The translations under genes were made by a program, and so were the position numbers. Under the pieces are notes generated by a model, which had not been told where the DNA came from, made no database searches, and worked only from the letters and a program-made list of their open reading frames with translations. A stretch of 64,000 nt of DNA, from NCBI GenBank assembly GCA_036172245.1, contig JAYWIR010000084.1:124001-188000 (forward strand), given 5' to 3'. Each line of letters opens with the position of its first letter. Position 1 is the first letter of the stretch. The stretch is from Raillietiella orientalis. Lineage: Eukaryota. Positions 47,962-62,000 of the stretch are shown in pieces.

Positions 47962-48351
47962 CTAGGCGCCCCGATCTGAGTCGAACAAGTTGACTTCCGA
48001 ATACACAGGGGTTATCGGACGCCAGTTGTCTCGATGGCGCAGATCTCCGCCTCTCGGCATCAGATGCATGTTCGCTGAGCGCAAGGAGGCTGACACATTG
48101 CCCGTCTGCCTACTCAGCGTCCGAGCGGGACGGACGTGTATTTCCATCGCTCCGTTGGTGCATCCGATTTTGCGCTTGCGATGTGCCAGTGCGTGCCTAT
48201 ATGGACAAGTGGCATCCACAAGCGGAAAAGCTAAAGTTGTTTCCGTCCTCGTGATGACAAAGTGGCCACAGAGGGACAACAACTCGTTTCGGCGCAGGCG
48301 GGAACTTTTGCTGAGTCGTTGCCGCCGAGGCAGCACACGGAGGGATGCCAA
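47962..48351 (-). mobile_element. LINE RT N-terminal fragment
   Basis: GNVSASLRSANMHLMPRGGDLRHRDNWRPITPVYSEVNL is homologous to A/B GDVPASFRSAKVRLLPKRGDL...NWRP. Confidence 0.75.
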
Positions 48352-48359
48352 ACACGCGT

Positions 48360-48575
48360 GAGTTGCAGGCGTGCGTACCCATGGCTACAAACCTGCACTC
48401 AGGTATAAGGTAATCCTCCTCATGCATAGGCGCATAGGGCGCGAGCTGGTGGAAGAGCTCCATGGCATCACATTTTGTACGGAGGATATTCAGCCCCATC
48501 AGGGCTACAGGAAGGTGTCATGTAGAGACGCATTTCTAGCGCAGAGTTTGCCGCTGAACCTCGACAGGCAAGACT
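48360..48575 (+). mobile_element. LINE ORF1 N-terminal fragment
   Basis: HGYKPALRYKV...GYRKVSCRDAFLAQ is homologous to F ORF1. Confidence 0.7.
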
Positions 48576-48579
48576 TCAA

Positions 48580-49168
48580 CACGTGTTGGGCCATGACGAT
48601 GGCGTCGATGCAACAGATCGTTGAGATGACTGCACCTAGCATGAGGCCGTCGCGCGTGAAGAAGAGGCTCATCAAGTTCATCGCGGTGTCCCTCGGATGC
48701 TGGAGAGCTGAGCACAGCCTCAGCCAGAGTTCTTGGAGGGCACCGCAGTCGTTGAGCAGGTGCAGGAGTCATTCCACTGCTTCGCACCGTTGCTACATTT
48801 CGGGGAGGCAACTCTCCTGAAAGCGAGGTGGGCGCGCTGGTTGCAATGGAAGCCCCAATGCAACAGCCAAAGCACGTCCCGTTTCCACGGAAGGAAGAGC
48901 ACTGAAGTGTTCACTCATGAGGGAGGGATCACAAGTTCTTCGGGAAGCACACTCCCGAAGTTGGCTCCATTGAAAGAGTTTCTTTGAGTAATGACGAGGA
49001 GTGGCTCCGTCTGCCAGTTCGATCGTCTTCCAGCCTCCCATGGACCTGGTGAAATGTCAACGGGCTGCAAGACTGTGCGAAGAGACGCAGAGCGGCGAAC
49101 GCTCTGTGCCTTTTCGACTTGGCAATCCTGCAGGAGAACCAGATTTCCGACGAGCAGGTTGCCAAGCT
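48580..49168 (-). mobile_element. LINE ORF2 C-terminal fragment J
   Basis: WKTIELADGATP and SVLFLPWKRDVLWLLHWGFHCNQRAH match the ORF2 C-terminus of A-F. Confidence 0.75.
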
Positions 49169-51030
49169 TTCTCACCCGGTCACGCCGGGGCGTTTATCCA
49201 ATATAAACATTAAGTTTATACAAACCCAACCAGTTTACAAAACAAACTACGACTGGACAAAAATGAGGAGAGATTTCCCTGGCACGTAAGCAGGTTTAAC
49301 AGCGTTCGGATCGGTTCGAGGGATCGGGGAGAACAAACAAAAAAGAAAAGAAAAACATTACGGGTGGTGGGACGGGACAAGAGTCTTTGGGATAGCTCCG
49401 GAAGGCATCAGGATACATACACTATCACCAGGAATACAACGAAGCGCAAACGGGGATAGGAAATGGTTGAGCAGGAAGTCACAAGGGTCGGCGGAGTACG
49501 CCGTTCTTAAACGTCTGTAAACCGGCGATGGATGCCGGCGATATCCTTCTTCCAACCGTCCGGAACGTGAGACCACCGTGCGGCCTTCTCCATGGATGCA
49601 GTTAAGCAGGTGTTAGTCCCTTCGTTGCGCTGACAACTCCAGGGCGTAGCGGCCCATGACGATGGCACGAATGCAACACACACGATCACGCCTACCGAAA
49701 GTCCGTCTGCTCTAAGGAAGCGTCGCAGCACATCAATGGCAGTGCCTGTCTGCGGCATGATGACCAAAGTCAGCCTTCGTCACAGTTCACGGAGGTCATC
49801 GCAGTCCAGCAAGAGGTGCGGGAAAGACTCGATCTCTCCGCACCTCGAACAGTTTGACGAGACAACTCCCGCGGAAACGATGTTTCGCAGCTGATTACAT
49901 GGAGACCGCAGTGAGAAACAGAAGCACATCTTGTTTCCACTTTAAGGGGAACACGGAGCTGTCTAAACAAACGGGAGGAAACCCTATCTCTTCGGGGGGC
50001 ACACATTATTGTTCTCTCAACCGAAGCAGGCCTTCAGCCCGATTCCGTGGTGGCGGCTTGCGCCAGCTCCTTTGTCTCCCAGCCGCCAAGGAGCTTAGTC
50101 CTCCTACACAATTGCAGGAGAGCTTAGACTCTCCTGCAATTGTGCAGGAGAACTCCCATTCAGCCAGTAGGCTACTGTTGTTGCTTGCCCAGAGGGCAGA
50201 CAGCTCTGCGGCGAGGGGTGTGGTGGCCAGACGATCCGACTTCTGCTTGTCTTACATGACTTAGTCCAGGGAGTGACTCAAGAGAAGTCGCAGGTCTCGA
50301 ATATTTTTGGGCGCATTCCTTCGGAAGCGGCTTATGATGCAATGGCTTCCTTCCGCCATGCATCAATGTTCATGGGGCGGCAGGAGATCCAATTTTGGGG
50401 TTCCAGCAGAGAGAAGAGCTGCCTCAGCGGGAAGATAAACCCTTTTCTGGTATGCCGAATGTAGGGCAGCAACGAAAGAAGTGGAAGGCGAACGAGTAAG
50501 CACCACAGCGTGCATCAGAGCTTCGCATAGAGCTGCTAGAGAGTCAGAGTATTCCTGTACTCTCTTAGCACCAATTCCAAATAGGCGCCAAAGAGCAGGG
50601 GCCACAGACTGTCTGCCTGACTTATGCCACGCTACTCCGGCACGCCGTACGCATTCTGAAAGATGAAAGGGAGGTTAGTCATGGCATCTCGCCAGCAGGA
50701 GCACAGGTAGACTGTTGAGGCTACTAGAAAGTCCACGCGCTTCCGGATCTCCAGGAGCAGCTGCTGGTCTATGCAGTCTAAAGCTTCCGCTGATCGACTG
50801 AGACCTCAGGAGATCAGACGTACTTTGGTGGCCTTCCCCTTCGTAGTCAAGAAAGATTTCAGGATTCTCGTGACCCTTCGGTACATTCCGCGGTTGCAAC
50901 TGCCATGATGTGCTTGCGAAGAACAGGTAGACCGCCATGGTTCGTCCAGGAACCGCGCATGTCTGTTGCGGATCGATTACCGATTTGGCCACTTGTCTCA
51001 ATCGATGCGCCGATAAATTGGCAAGCAACT
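49169..51030 (-). mobile_element. Decayed LINE I: RT fragment, internal deletion, zf-RVT-like motif, 3' UTR with terminal hairpin
   Basis: YKLLANLSAHRLRQVAKSVIDPQQTCAVPGRTM and a frameshifted ...ALDCIDQQLLLEI, followed by CSRCGEIESFPHLLLDC. Hairpin CGCCCCGGCGTGACCGGGTG at 49192-49173. Confidence 0.82.
50101..50150. repeat. 22-bp inverted repeat with 6-nt loop inside LINE I
   Basis: CTCCTACACAATTGCAGGAGAG-CTTAGA-CTCTCCTGCAATTGTGCAGGAG, one mismatch. Confidence 0.9.
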
Positions 51031-53070
51031 TGTACATCTGTGGATAGAGAGGATTGGACGTGGATGGAGCAGGTGAGTAGGAAGAAAGAATCAATAAAGG
51101 AATAGCGAATAGAGCTTGAGGACTGAGTATGGACAGATGGCTGGAAATTGAAGATGTGATGAAGGAAAGACTATGGGAACGCCTCCAATATAAAGGAGAT
51201 GAACAGCGGCATCCTCTTGGGATGCAAAGAGAGTTCCTAAGCACGGTGGTGGGTACGCTCAAGCCCTATGATAGACGGATGAGGATACCAGAGAAACCAC
51301 AAGAGATAGTGGCATAACTCGATTATGCAGGGGGATGTATCGTGGGTAGAAAACGGAAGGTGTGCGGAGAGGAAGGTATTCAGAATGTGAATTGCTGGTC
51401 GCAAAGATCGTAATCAGAATGGGTCCTTGGCTGCAAGGGACTCAGGGAGCAGTCTGAGTATGATCGGGAGTTGGTTCCAGCATGAGGCGACATTCAGTCG
51501 ATAGGGCTGAAGATCTGCTGGCACAGACCAGAGTGAACGTGGAACAGGATGCACTTTTTCTTTGGGTAGTGTTAGGAATTTGGTCACGTTGATGGTGTTT
51601 TCATTGAAAGATAAGAATCATATAGTATTTAGATAAGAGAAGGGAAGCGGACCGTTAAAATGGGGACGTTCTCGAGGATCGTGGCTCTGTAATAAGGCTT
51701 CGGTGAGGAGCAACGCAATGGATAGGGATATTACGGGATTCGTGTACTACCGCAGCAAGGGGGCTCTTGCAATGATGCTCGGGAAGTGGACACGACCTAT
51801 GTTCATATTGAGGAGGTATCTACGATAGCGAGTCGGCTATCGGAGGTTCCGGTCTTCAAGAGTAAAATAATCCTGGAGATGGGAGTGATGTCTGTGTTTT
51901 GTGTGGCGCAGCGGATGCTTGGTACGCAAGAAGGACATATTCAAGAACGTCCACTGAAAGTGAAAAGAAACACACTCGGGATTGGGACAGTGTTTTTCCT
52001 GTTGTGGTTACGTGTCTTTGAAAATAATGATCGGAATATCTGTATGCCAGTGCCCATGAATTATAAAGAAGGTACGGGAATGTGTTTGATCGTAGTGGTC
52101 AGCGAGGTTGTGACAGCGATAACAGTCGATAGAGTCTTGTTATTGGATACACTGGTTCACGGTGTTTGCACTGGTTCACGATCACGGTATTTGTACATGA
52201 AAGACAATGCTGGAAGTGTTGGTATGATGGGGTGTGGCCTTCTTGTGGACGCCTATGTGTTTGATCAATGAGCGGTATTTGCAGTGCGTTTGAATGATTG
52301 ATAGGGAGAGAAATTGATCGTTGCTAGCGGCTGCAGTGCTATCTTCGGCTCCATTACATTGAAAGATTGAGGTATACGTCGGTTTCTTGTCTGGAGGAGT
52401 GAAGGTGGTCTTCTGCACAATGTACAAATTTTGAAATCTCTTGTGGATTGTGAAGGGATGCTTCCGTGCTTTCGATGCTGATAAGACGGGGTTACAGAAA
52501 GGCGCGTTTAATCCCAAAAGTCTCCGCGCTTGTGTGTACACACTTCCAGGGTCCGTGTCTGTCTGATTCGTGTAATTTCTGATGCAGACGAAGTGATGTT
52601 GGAGGTGAAAAAAATCAAAAGCAAGTGAAACATGAGAATGGGGTGGATTTAATTGGATGATTTCTCGGTGACCCTACAGATGTACGGAATTCCTATTCAG
52701 AAAGCTCTTGTGGTGTCAGCATCAAGGATTCTGCTTAGGGTGACGTTGAACTCAAAAGGTTAGCAGTTGTTGCGTTTCTTTAGGAACCAGCAAGTATGAA
52801 ACTGTAGAAAGCGTCTTCTTACTTACAGCTAGGTTGGTGGCTGTTGTGCTCAGAGGAAAATGGGAATTTATTGGTAATCATGCCTCTTTCTTCCATGCGT
52901 CATATAATGAGACCATGGGTGGAAGGTTAGTTGCTAATGAAATGGGTGTAGTTACGTGTGTGAGGGTGATGATGGCTAATGATTACGTAGCGTCTAGTAT
53001 ATTTCTCGCATGGAGCAGTACATCAATTATTCGGGAGTATATCTGTAAGCTGAATGGAGGGAACACCTGA
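51030..53070 (-). mobile_element. Possible heavily decayed LINE-like sequence
   Basis: A/C-rich minus strand similar in composition to 24950-27620, with faint EN-like peptides (SLYDAWK, PFSSEH). Weak. Confidence 0.2.
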
Positions 53071-55720
53071 ATGTTGAATCGATGAATTGTGGTACTGTGC
53101 TTCTTGTAGCTTCAGAGAGGCAAGAAGCTGCTCACTGCAGCCGGACCCAGGACTTACGACCTCACGCGCATCAGGATGTTGGTTGCGGTCTCTTTTGCTT
53201 TTAATGGGAGACAGGCCGTTGCGCGGCTTCTGCCATGCTATGTTTCATCTCCAGCGAATGGACGCTCTAACGACATTTTTTATGCAGACGGCACTTTGGG
53301 CCCCATTACACTTCATTTCTTCTCGGAAATACTTCATAACCCCTTTTTGTGAGTGTAAGACGGGCCAGTTGCCATCCTGCTATCAGGGGGAAAGGTCATT
53401 TGCATTTCCCAAGTGCAACCCAATCATCGAATGGATTTCCCCCCTGCGCCGTGTCTCCTTCTGCATCTCTCCGCTATTTGCAAGTGACTTTGTGCCAGAA
53501 TCCTCGAACAACCTTTGGTAAGGGCGGCATGCGCGAGACGAGTGGTCCAGCATTGGCTGGCTGCGCGCAGTCTCAGGCTGCGAAACCATCCGTCGCCTCT
53601 TTTTTTTTGGCTGAAAGGATCCTCCCTTCGGGTGCAAACTCGAGGTTCGTCCTTTAGCTCACTGGTTGTAATGCAGTGGCTTCCAACACTAGCTGGAAGG
53701 GAATCCCTGTAGGCAATTGCGCGCATTCCAGAAATTTCACCCCGTGCTTTGAGGCTTGCACTCAGGGCAGTCCCTGAAAGTTCCAGCAGGACACTTTTCG
53801 GTGCCGACTTGCATGTGCAGTGCTTTTCGAGCTGCAGGCTCGAGACTCCCGGTGTCAGCATCTGTCACCGGAACTGCATGCGCTGCAAGGGGCACCCACT
53901 GCCAGAAAAGCCCTAGAGTTGGCATCCCGAAATATTCTTTCCGATCGAGATCGACGGAGCCAGCAGCGGTTAGGGAAGCTTGCATTCCGCTTTACATACG
54001 GCGTCTTCTCCCGATCAACCTGGTGTATCCTTGGTTATTTTCCAATAGTTGTAATATTCAGGATCCCTAGGAGACTCATCAGTTGCTCTTTTGGAGGCGC
54101 AGACATCGTATAATACGTGAGCTCAAATATCATAAGCAACGGTGTAAATTAATAATCTCACAACTGGAGGCTGCTGCAGTTGGTGCAGCGCCATGTTTTC
54201 TCCGATACACTCATTAGGCATCTCCAACGACTCGCTGATGCGCTGACGGATGAATCGCTGTCCTTTCGCACTTGACAGCTGAAACGCTTTCTTGGTAGCT
54301 CCATGCTTTCCTGCAGTGTTCGCACTTTCTCCTAGCTGCTCACGAAGTCTCTGATTGCGGTTACACCTGTTTGGCAGTGGCGGCAGGAAGACAACTCCTG
54401 TGACGTGAGACAGGCTCCAGCAGCAGGCGTGCTCATCGGCCGGTTCGGATGAGTTTCTTCTGGCTTGGCTTCTTGGTGGGTCCAATGTAGGTTACTCTGC
54501 GTCGACTTTGGTTTGCGTTCCCGGCGGCAACGGTACAGCCTCTTCTTGTTCCCTGAAGGCGTAGCTGTGCTGTCAGAGATCTCCAACGACGTCTTCAGGG
54601 ATGAGGGTGAGATTGGGCAGGCTGGGTCGCCTTTTTCTTGTAGAGCTCTTGCCGCCGCATCATCGTCTCTCTGCTCTTTGTGCTGCTAGGGTGTTGCATT
54701 GGTGAGTTGATTTGTTTCGTCGGGTGCTTAGAGGAACTCCTCGAAGTAGTGGTTGATGCGGTGGTGTTTGGGCAGGAGAGGGGATGCGCAATGAATACGA
54801 AGTTGGGATGGGGAATTGAGTTGGGGAATGTGCTATTGTCATGACGCGGGTTGATAGATGACAACTGGGAGGGAAAGTGCTACGAGAAGTGCAAAGTGGG
54901 ATCTTAGAAATGAGGCTCGTCGGGAGGTAACAAGCGTGGTGGTGAAGCTCCTCGTGTGCCCGAATTGTTCTCGGATATGCTGGGGCGACGGCGGATGAAT
55001 GACGTACGAGGCAGACGGATGTCAAATTGCGAACCATTGGAAGGGGTTCTCTCTCTTCGAAAAAGTCCTGGCATGGGAGATTCAGGGTGAAAACGGTGAT
55101 GATGTACTTCTATAATTTGGATGGCGACCTCTTGGAGCACTGAATATGGATTCTTGGTTGTCTGGGTGATGCGCAAAAAAAACCTTGCCTCTCTAGCTTT
55201 GCGAGTGCACTCATCTTTAGAGTGCTTGGAGACGTTAACGTCGAGCTCGGCGCCTTTGAGGTCACGTAAGGAGACTCCCATGCAACGTGCAGGGAGGCCT
55301 CTCACTTGCTGAGGGATGTCTCTCGTGTCGTCGTTCGCACTGCGAAAAACTCCCGTGAAGATAAAGGCTAGACAAGCAGAGACGCTACCCTATAACGATC
55401 TTTCTGTTGAGGATGACCACGAGATGGTCAGATCTCTCATCAGGAAGAGGAATTCCCTGGCATCCAGTAAAGCATGTGGAGAGCGCCAAAGGGTCCACTG
55501 TAATGTATTCCCTTGCCCCCATTCTTCAACTTTCTGAAGCTATTCTAGTTGGATATTCATTGTTTTTGTTTTCTTTATTGCCCTGTCTCTTCACTTTTCC
55601 CTGTGTGAACTTCTTTCGGAAAGCTGCTCTTGACCGTGTATTCCTTCGAAACTTGCCGTAGTAGTGACGTTGCCCACTAGCTGAGGCAGATGCTTTTTCG
55701 AAACCATTTCCTGCGCTCTG

Positions 55721-56053
55721 CTATCCATGCTGTTTCAACTTGTCTGACAAGGTGAAAAACTCTGGTAACCGGAAGCAAGTTCGCTGCCACGGACTTGCTT
55801 CAAGCGGGTTGGCGCGCACATGTGCTGTCATGCTGATGTAGCTCCACGCCCTCGTAGTCGTCAAGACCGCCTCCATGGTACTCCTTTTCTGTGCTTTTGA
55901 GAGACTTGTCTCTGTCCTTTCTGGTGATATGTAGTACTTATTGAGGATTTTCATGCTCGGGAAAGAGGAACTATTCCAGCCATCACTTAAAGTGGCCAGC
56001 ACTTTGCCCCACGTCTGTAGTGGGAAGGAAGCAGCATGCTCCATAAATGCCAC
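55721..56053 (-). pseudogene. hAT-family (ZBED-like) transposase remnant
   Basis: KYYISPERTETS...AVLTTTRAWSYISMTAHV resembles the hAT P.R.T...LTTD.W...Y..ITAH segment. No TIRs identified. Confidence 0.45.
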
Positions 56054-59000
56054 CTCAATTGTAATTTTTCTTAGCTGAAGGCTTCGAAAACTCTAGCCAG
56101 AGCATCATCTGCTGTTCAAAGCACGATACGAAGAGTGGGGAAAGAAGAATGAGATCTGGGAGGAAGTGCAGATAGGGATGGGACGTATTCACTGGCTAAT
56201 GTGGCTACAGTTCTTGTGAACTGTAATCACATTTTAAGGAACAGAGGCGTAGTTAGAATGTTAAGCACTTGAGTTCCTCAAGAGAGTCAAAAATGGTTCG
56301 CTTTCTTTGAAGGTCTCGTAGATATTCAATTTGACCTATTTATGTAACACTAAATTTGAAATACTTTTGTGATTGGAATCATGAAAGTAATACAATTCGT
56401 GTAATCAAATAAGTGCTCACTGTTAAGTTTGCTCACATCGGGTCAGAAGTCAGATCATGGATCTTAATGCACTGCACGGCTCGGCGACCAGATGTCATCT
56501 CGAAGCTGTCGTGTTCTTTATCATTGTCCACATGAAACAGATTGGTGAAATCCACTAAGAAGAGATTTCAGGTCATTCATCAGCTGATTCTACAAACTAA
56601 AAGGACTCTAAGTCTCACATGGGCACAGCGTCTACGCTGTTCCTGTATAAGAGCCCCCCACTTTGTCATATGAGTGGAACGACTGTTCCCTGTGCGCGGC
56701 CCACACGCGACACTTCCTCACATTTCTTACAACAAAATGTATCGCGTCTTATTCCATCAACCACCGGGTCTTCACCCGCGAAAGAGGCAGTCAGCAGGAA
56801 GAGAGGTCTTCGAGATTTTGTTTCTAAATCTGTGGACAAAACAAATAAACCAGATAAAGATCATGATCGTTCTAAGACACAAAGTGCACATTCACTGACT
56901 GCCCTAGATTGCGGTGCGAGGAAGCTTGTGGCTTCTTGAGATAGCATTCTCTCTCATCTTGATTCCGAGCATACGGAGGCACCTCTCGGTTCATCAGCTA
57001 AAGATGAAACTTTTGATCACGATCGCGAGTGGTACTAGCTATATGGTCCGCGTTGAAAACCCCAGCTAGGAAACGACCAGCGAAGTTAGAATGGGTCACA
57101 TGTGTGTTCGAAAAGTCGCCACTGCATTCTTGACGTCTGGTCACACTCGTTAGGAGTTTCAAACTCTTCCTGAGCACATTCCGTTTCCATTTCAGCCACC
57201 ATCGCAAACTTTGTCAATCACCAAAGCTTGTGCATAACAAAAGACAGCAAGATGGAAAGCACCAGGTGAGCCCACAGGAAGCTAAATTTTGCTAAAGGAG
57301 AATCCCAGCATGCTCTTTTGCTAGGCAGATCTCAGCGCCTGGCGGCAGCAAAGCGCTGGCAAAAAATGAGAACTACGTGGAAAAATTAATGGATATGTAC
57401 ATTTTCAAAATCACCAATGCATTTTTGTTTCTCTTATTTGTTCTTAACATGTAGTCGGCCCTTCTGTAATGCTCCTCATATGGAGAAAGAACAACTTGTG
57501 TTTTAAACTCTTAGCTGCTGGATGATGAGCAAGGCATCCTGCTAGTCCGGCGGAGACATCGATCATTAGCTCACCAATAAAACAAAAGGAGGTTGCCATC
57601 GGATCCTTGGGAAGAAACCATTGTACACTTCACATCGGCGGCATGATACGGTGTTTATCCAGCTTTCTCGAGAAGAGTCCAGCTTTCACCGATCATCAGC
57701 CATGAGGGCGGAGTACATCATCATCAAAATGATCGCTACAACCACAGTGACGTGAAGGCAAATCCTTTTTTCTCTCATGATTTGTTGACGTCAGGAAGCG
57801 TCAGCTCATAGCACATTTTTCTGATTCGTTGTCGCATGACCTTGAGATGCAAACCGTTTGCTTGAGGCCCCTATGGCGCTCGGTGGTCATGCACCTTATT
57901 CTCGTAACGCTACTGCTCCGAAGCAATCACCAAGGGATGCTGTCTGACGAGAACCAGCAGAGTCGTCCCTCGGTCCAGCAGGCGTGCAAGAGGAACAAGA
58001 GAGACAGTTTGCAGATGTGAGCAACGTCAGCACAGGGTTTCCATGCCTGCAGTCTTTTTGAATTCCACGGGGCCCATGTAGACCTGGTTACTCGCTTTCT
58101 GTCTCGAAACTTTCATGCTGTTTTCGGAGACGCCCGAAACGCTGTCGTCAATCCCTGAGATGAGCCCGCACAAGTCACCAATCCCTCATTCCGAAAGCTC
58201 AACAAGAAGCGGCCTTCTTGCATGGAACCATCTTGATCAAAGACAGCTGGGAAAGAGCTTGCGGGTGAGGCACTCACATGGCTCGCATCGAGCTGGGTGC
58301 GGAGAAGAAACCTCCCCTAACGTCTTGGTTTCATCCTGAACGACCTTCATGGATGCTCTCCCTGAAGTCCAAGACAGGTCTGGCGAATCACCTAGTTGGC
58401 TACCCGTGACGGATGCTGCGATTCCAGTTCTGCGTTTCTCGATCGCATTTGCTCAGTCAATTAGCCGCGTTTCTTTACGCTGGGACTGCAACAGCTGCAG
58501 CACGGAATCTCCTCCGTCGCTGGAATCTCTTAGATGGCGCGTAAAAAGCGTCTAAGAAAAGTCGCCTTCCGAATCGCCAGTTCGCTGGGGAGGCAGCAGC
58601 TGTGGAACCGGTGTACCGGATGGGCAGCGCACCGCGATGGAGTCTGCCTCTCATTTCTTTGCTAGTTGTCCAACCTCATGGGCATTGCCGAACTCTTCAC
58701 TCGACGTACCAGCGGAAAGGCCACTTCCGCACGAGTTCCTTCTCATCGCAGCTGGTTTCTCCATCTTCCCCCTTCACTACAGGAGACACTTAATGTGAAC
58801 CTGATCTCCAGCTCGACATCCCTTAGCGGGGAGGCCGTCCTTGTTTCTCGCTCTCTGAGTACGGTAGAGGAACGCGACTCATTTCAGGATCCACGGAGGG
58901 TTCTAGCGCGACCTGCCCCCAAAGATACGAAGAGCCGAAAGTTACAATGCGGACAAACAAATGCAGGACTATCGCCACAGAGCTGAAGAGCGTCTCGTTC

Positions 59001-62000
59001 GCGTCCTCCCGAAAAAACGGATGGCGAATCCAGTAAAGCATGCTCCAGACGGAAGTGGGAGGCAAGAAATTGTGGTAGCCATCAGCGCGAACTTGCGAAG
59101 AGCGGTGCGACAATGCTGTGGGTGTTGCGCACCTACAGGCATTCCAAGCAATCGCGACCCGGTGGAAATCAGAACCTTTGAAGACACTGGCAGAAAGTAA
59201 GGTGCCCTTCACGTATAAAAGAGGGAGCGCAATTTTTATAGGCGCAGTCGACCAGTAGGCCGTGCATCGGCAGCAGTAGAAAAGCTGCGGTCTTTTCAGG
59301 GGTGCCACCTTCCATGTAAATGCTGCGACGCGTTAACGAGAGGTGCAGGAAAGTGCCAGCAGTGCTACTGAGCTGTAGGACGCCTCGCCGGGTGAATGCC
59401 GGAAGGTAAGAGGAGGGCGCTGCGCCAGCGTGCTCCCAGCACGATAGCCGCAGCGTGGCTTTTTCTTTTTGAATCCGCTGTTTCCGCGAGACGTCGCGCA
59501 GCTCCGGAATGTTCAAGCAAGGCAGTCGATCTGTCGCGGTCGCGAGAATTTTCGGACCTTGAGCGGTGCGTCACGTTTCTTTCCTTCATGCTGCAGGGTG
59601 AGATTGCGTGTTCTTCCGACGGGATCTTGCAGCGTTTAATTCCGATTTCTGAAACAGGGGAAAAATGGGATGGAAGGCACACCCGCGCCGCCATTCTTCT
59701 TCAGCTTTCAGGAGTGCCCTCCTCCACTGACGGGGAGTCGGAATGTGCACAGGCGAAAATGCCCTCCTACTTCCTCATGCACGCGAAACGGTGAAGCCGC
59801 GCGCGCTCCCCGCTCGACCAGAACGCGTCGGGTGTTAATGGCGGAGGGCAGCTGTCGTTTCTCTTCACATGCCCACTGAGTCGTCTGTGAAAGCGCATGC
59901 AACGTAATTGGCTTCGGTTCTTGACTCCTTAGCAGTTATCCCACCTCCCGCTCCCGCTCTTTTACTGCTTGCAAATTGTTCCAAGTGTGCGTGACCTCTC
60001 CGCTCGAACCATGGGCTGGCTCGTGACCTCTCCGCTCGAAGCGATTCCGCTGTCTGTCACCTTCCCAGATTGGGACACACAATCCCACAGGGAACCACCG
60101 TCTTGTGCCTTCTTGTAAAACGTCTCTGCGCTCACCAACAGCGTTGCTCAGGGACAAGGAGGGGGCAGAGATGCCTCCATGCAGCAATCATGATGGGAGG
60201 GCAACGGAGGTGTCGCTTTGTAAAGGGTGGCTGTCCGATAGCATGTCATTTCTTCACTTGCTTCATGTGACCAAGGTTTTTTGAGAGTGCATCTGATTCT
60301 CTCGATTTTTTTGTGGTTTCGCCGTTGAAATGGCGGTCGGCAGCCGCTAAAAGGCTTACATGTTTTAGCAATGATGGGTCACTTTGTCGGTGCGAGCACT
60401 TTACTCTGTAAATCATGTCGCATCTGGGAACTTGAAATCTGATGTAAAGAAGCTGGTTTCCTGGGACGAAGATGTCACGTGTTCACACTTTTCTTTCATT
60501 GCTGCATCATAGAGGGAACTCTTTTATTATTTCTTCTGGAGAACAGCAGTTTTCGGCATGTGCCATTCCGGTCCGCATGCGAAGGTTCGATCCCTAAGAC
60601 GGGACAGTCTGCGTCATGTAGACGTGGGACGTTTCGCGGATAGAAAAGCTTCGAAAAGATGGAGGCGATGGGAAAGCTGCAGTGACATTTGTGCACCCGA
60701 AGTAAGACCAACTGGAACTTGCACGAGTTATCGAGCAGTGCTGCTTAAGAAACCACTACGGCGCGGAGGAAAGATCCCTCCGGAGATGTGATGGGTTATT
60801 CTCATGGTGCTCCTCCACGTCGCCTCTTCCTGTCTCTTCAGAGAGTTGGAAGTCTTGGCAAAGAGTTTGTTTCTTCTGTTGTTGGAACCTTTCCTGTGGT
60901 TTGCTGTTTGCACTGAGTGCTGATGAGGACTTCGAATTGTTCTCAAAAGTGTGTTCACAAGCGTAGCGAGCATCGAGAGGGGAGTATCCACATGATATGA
61001 CTCCGGAAAGGTAGCTACTTGAAGGAAGTTACGATTGGTGCTCTTTTTTAAGTAATTTCTAATAAAAAGTTCTGGCACCGTCCAGCAACAACTGTCTGGC
61101 TCTGGAGCATAATTGCTCGTCAGTGGTCAGTTGTCCTCACCAAAGCTTCATATTTCACGCAGGCTCTCTGCAAAACTGCACCAAGCTTTTTTTGGCTCCC
61201 TCTTCTCCACGTACGTTGGTAAGGAAATGGAAATGGATCAATTAATTAATGAATTAATGAATTTCCCATAACATGTGTAAGACGAGGCAACAACAAAGAA
61301 AAAAACTTACCCTATCTAGAGCTTTGATCGCTACAGGATTCCTTGCTGATGTTGTATCCTTAGAAAGGAAACGGTATGCAGCATCAGATTCATTCGTTTC
61401 TGCACCAGATCATGGTTTTATTAAATATGTTAGTGATATGCTTACGTTGTGTTAATGTTTGTTGAAGATTTGCTTCATTTTTGCCTTCAAGTCAGGAGCA
61501 AATGCAACTTGTAGAGGAAAGCATATCAATTTACTAGCATTGAATTTGTCTGATCGAAATTTTGCTAAATTCTGAACGGATCCTTCATCCATTCAGTATG
61601 GGCCTGTTGTAGTCCTGCCTTCTTGCTTATTCAACCTGCTCTTATTGCCGCATGCTGGAATTTTTGTGCACAGCTCCTTTGACCTCTTCGGCACACTTGA
61701 GACTTGGTAAAACTGCGAGAAGAACATGCTCTTGATGCTCACCGGCGTTTCCCATCAGACCGGTGTGAGCAGGAAGCATTCTGATCTTCAAGAGGCACAT
61801 TTGTTTTATTTTTTGGCAAGAGACATTTCGTTTGCTGCCTTATTCCGTCGTTCCCTTGCGAACTTTCCATGTTTGGATAATTCTTATAGAGAGTAGGTAG
61901 TTCCTTTGAATCCTTTGACCTTGGTTTCCCGTCCCGCGGTTGTAAATAGGGAACGAAGAAGGAACTTGCTCTAGATGTGCATTCATTCGATCCTTTTTCT

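Noticed and set aside
56600..57210. Possible BED-finger/hAT N-terminal remnant and a WW-containing dimerisation-like peptide
   Set aside because: Similarity is too weak, and the orientation is inconsistent with the remnant at 55721-56053.
59990..60039. 19-bp direct repeat CGTGACCTCTCCGCTCGAA x2 (possible CRISPR or TSD)
   Set aside because: Only two copies with a 13-nt spacer, in a eukaryotic context with no cas genes. Most likely a local slippage duplication.
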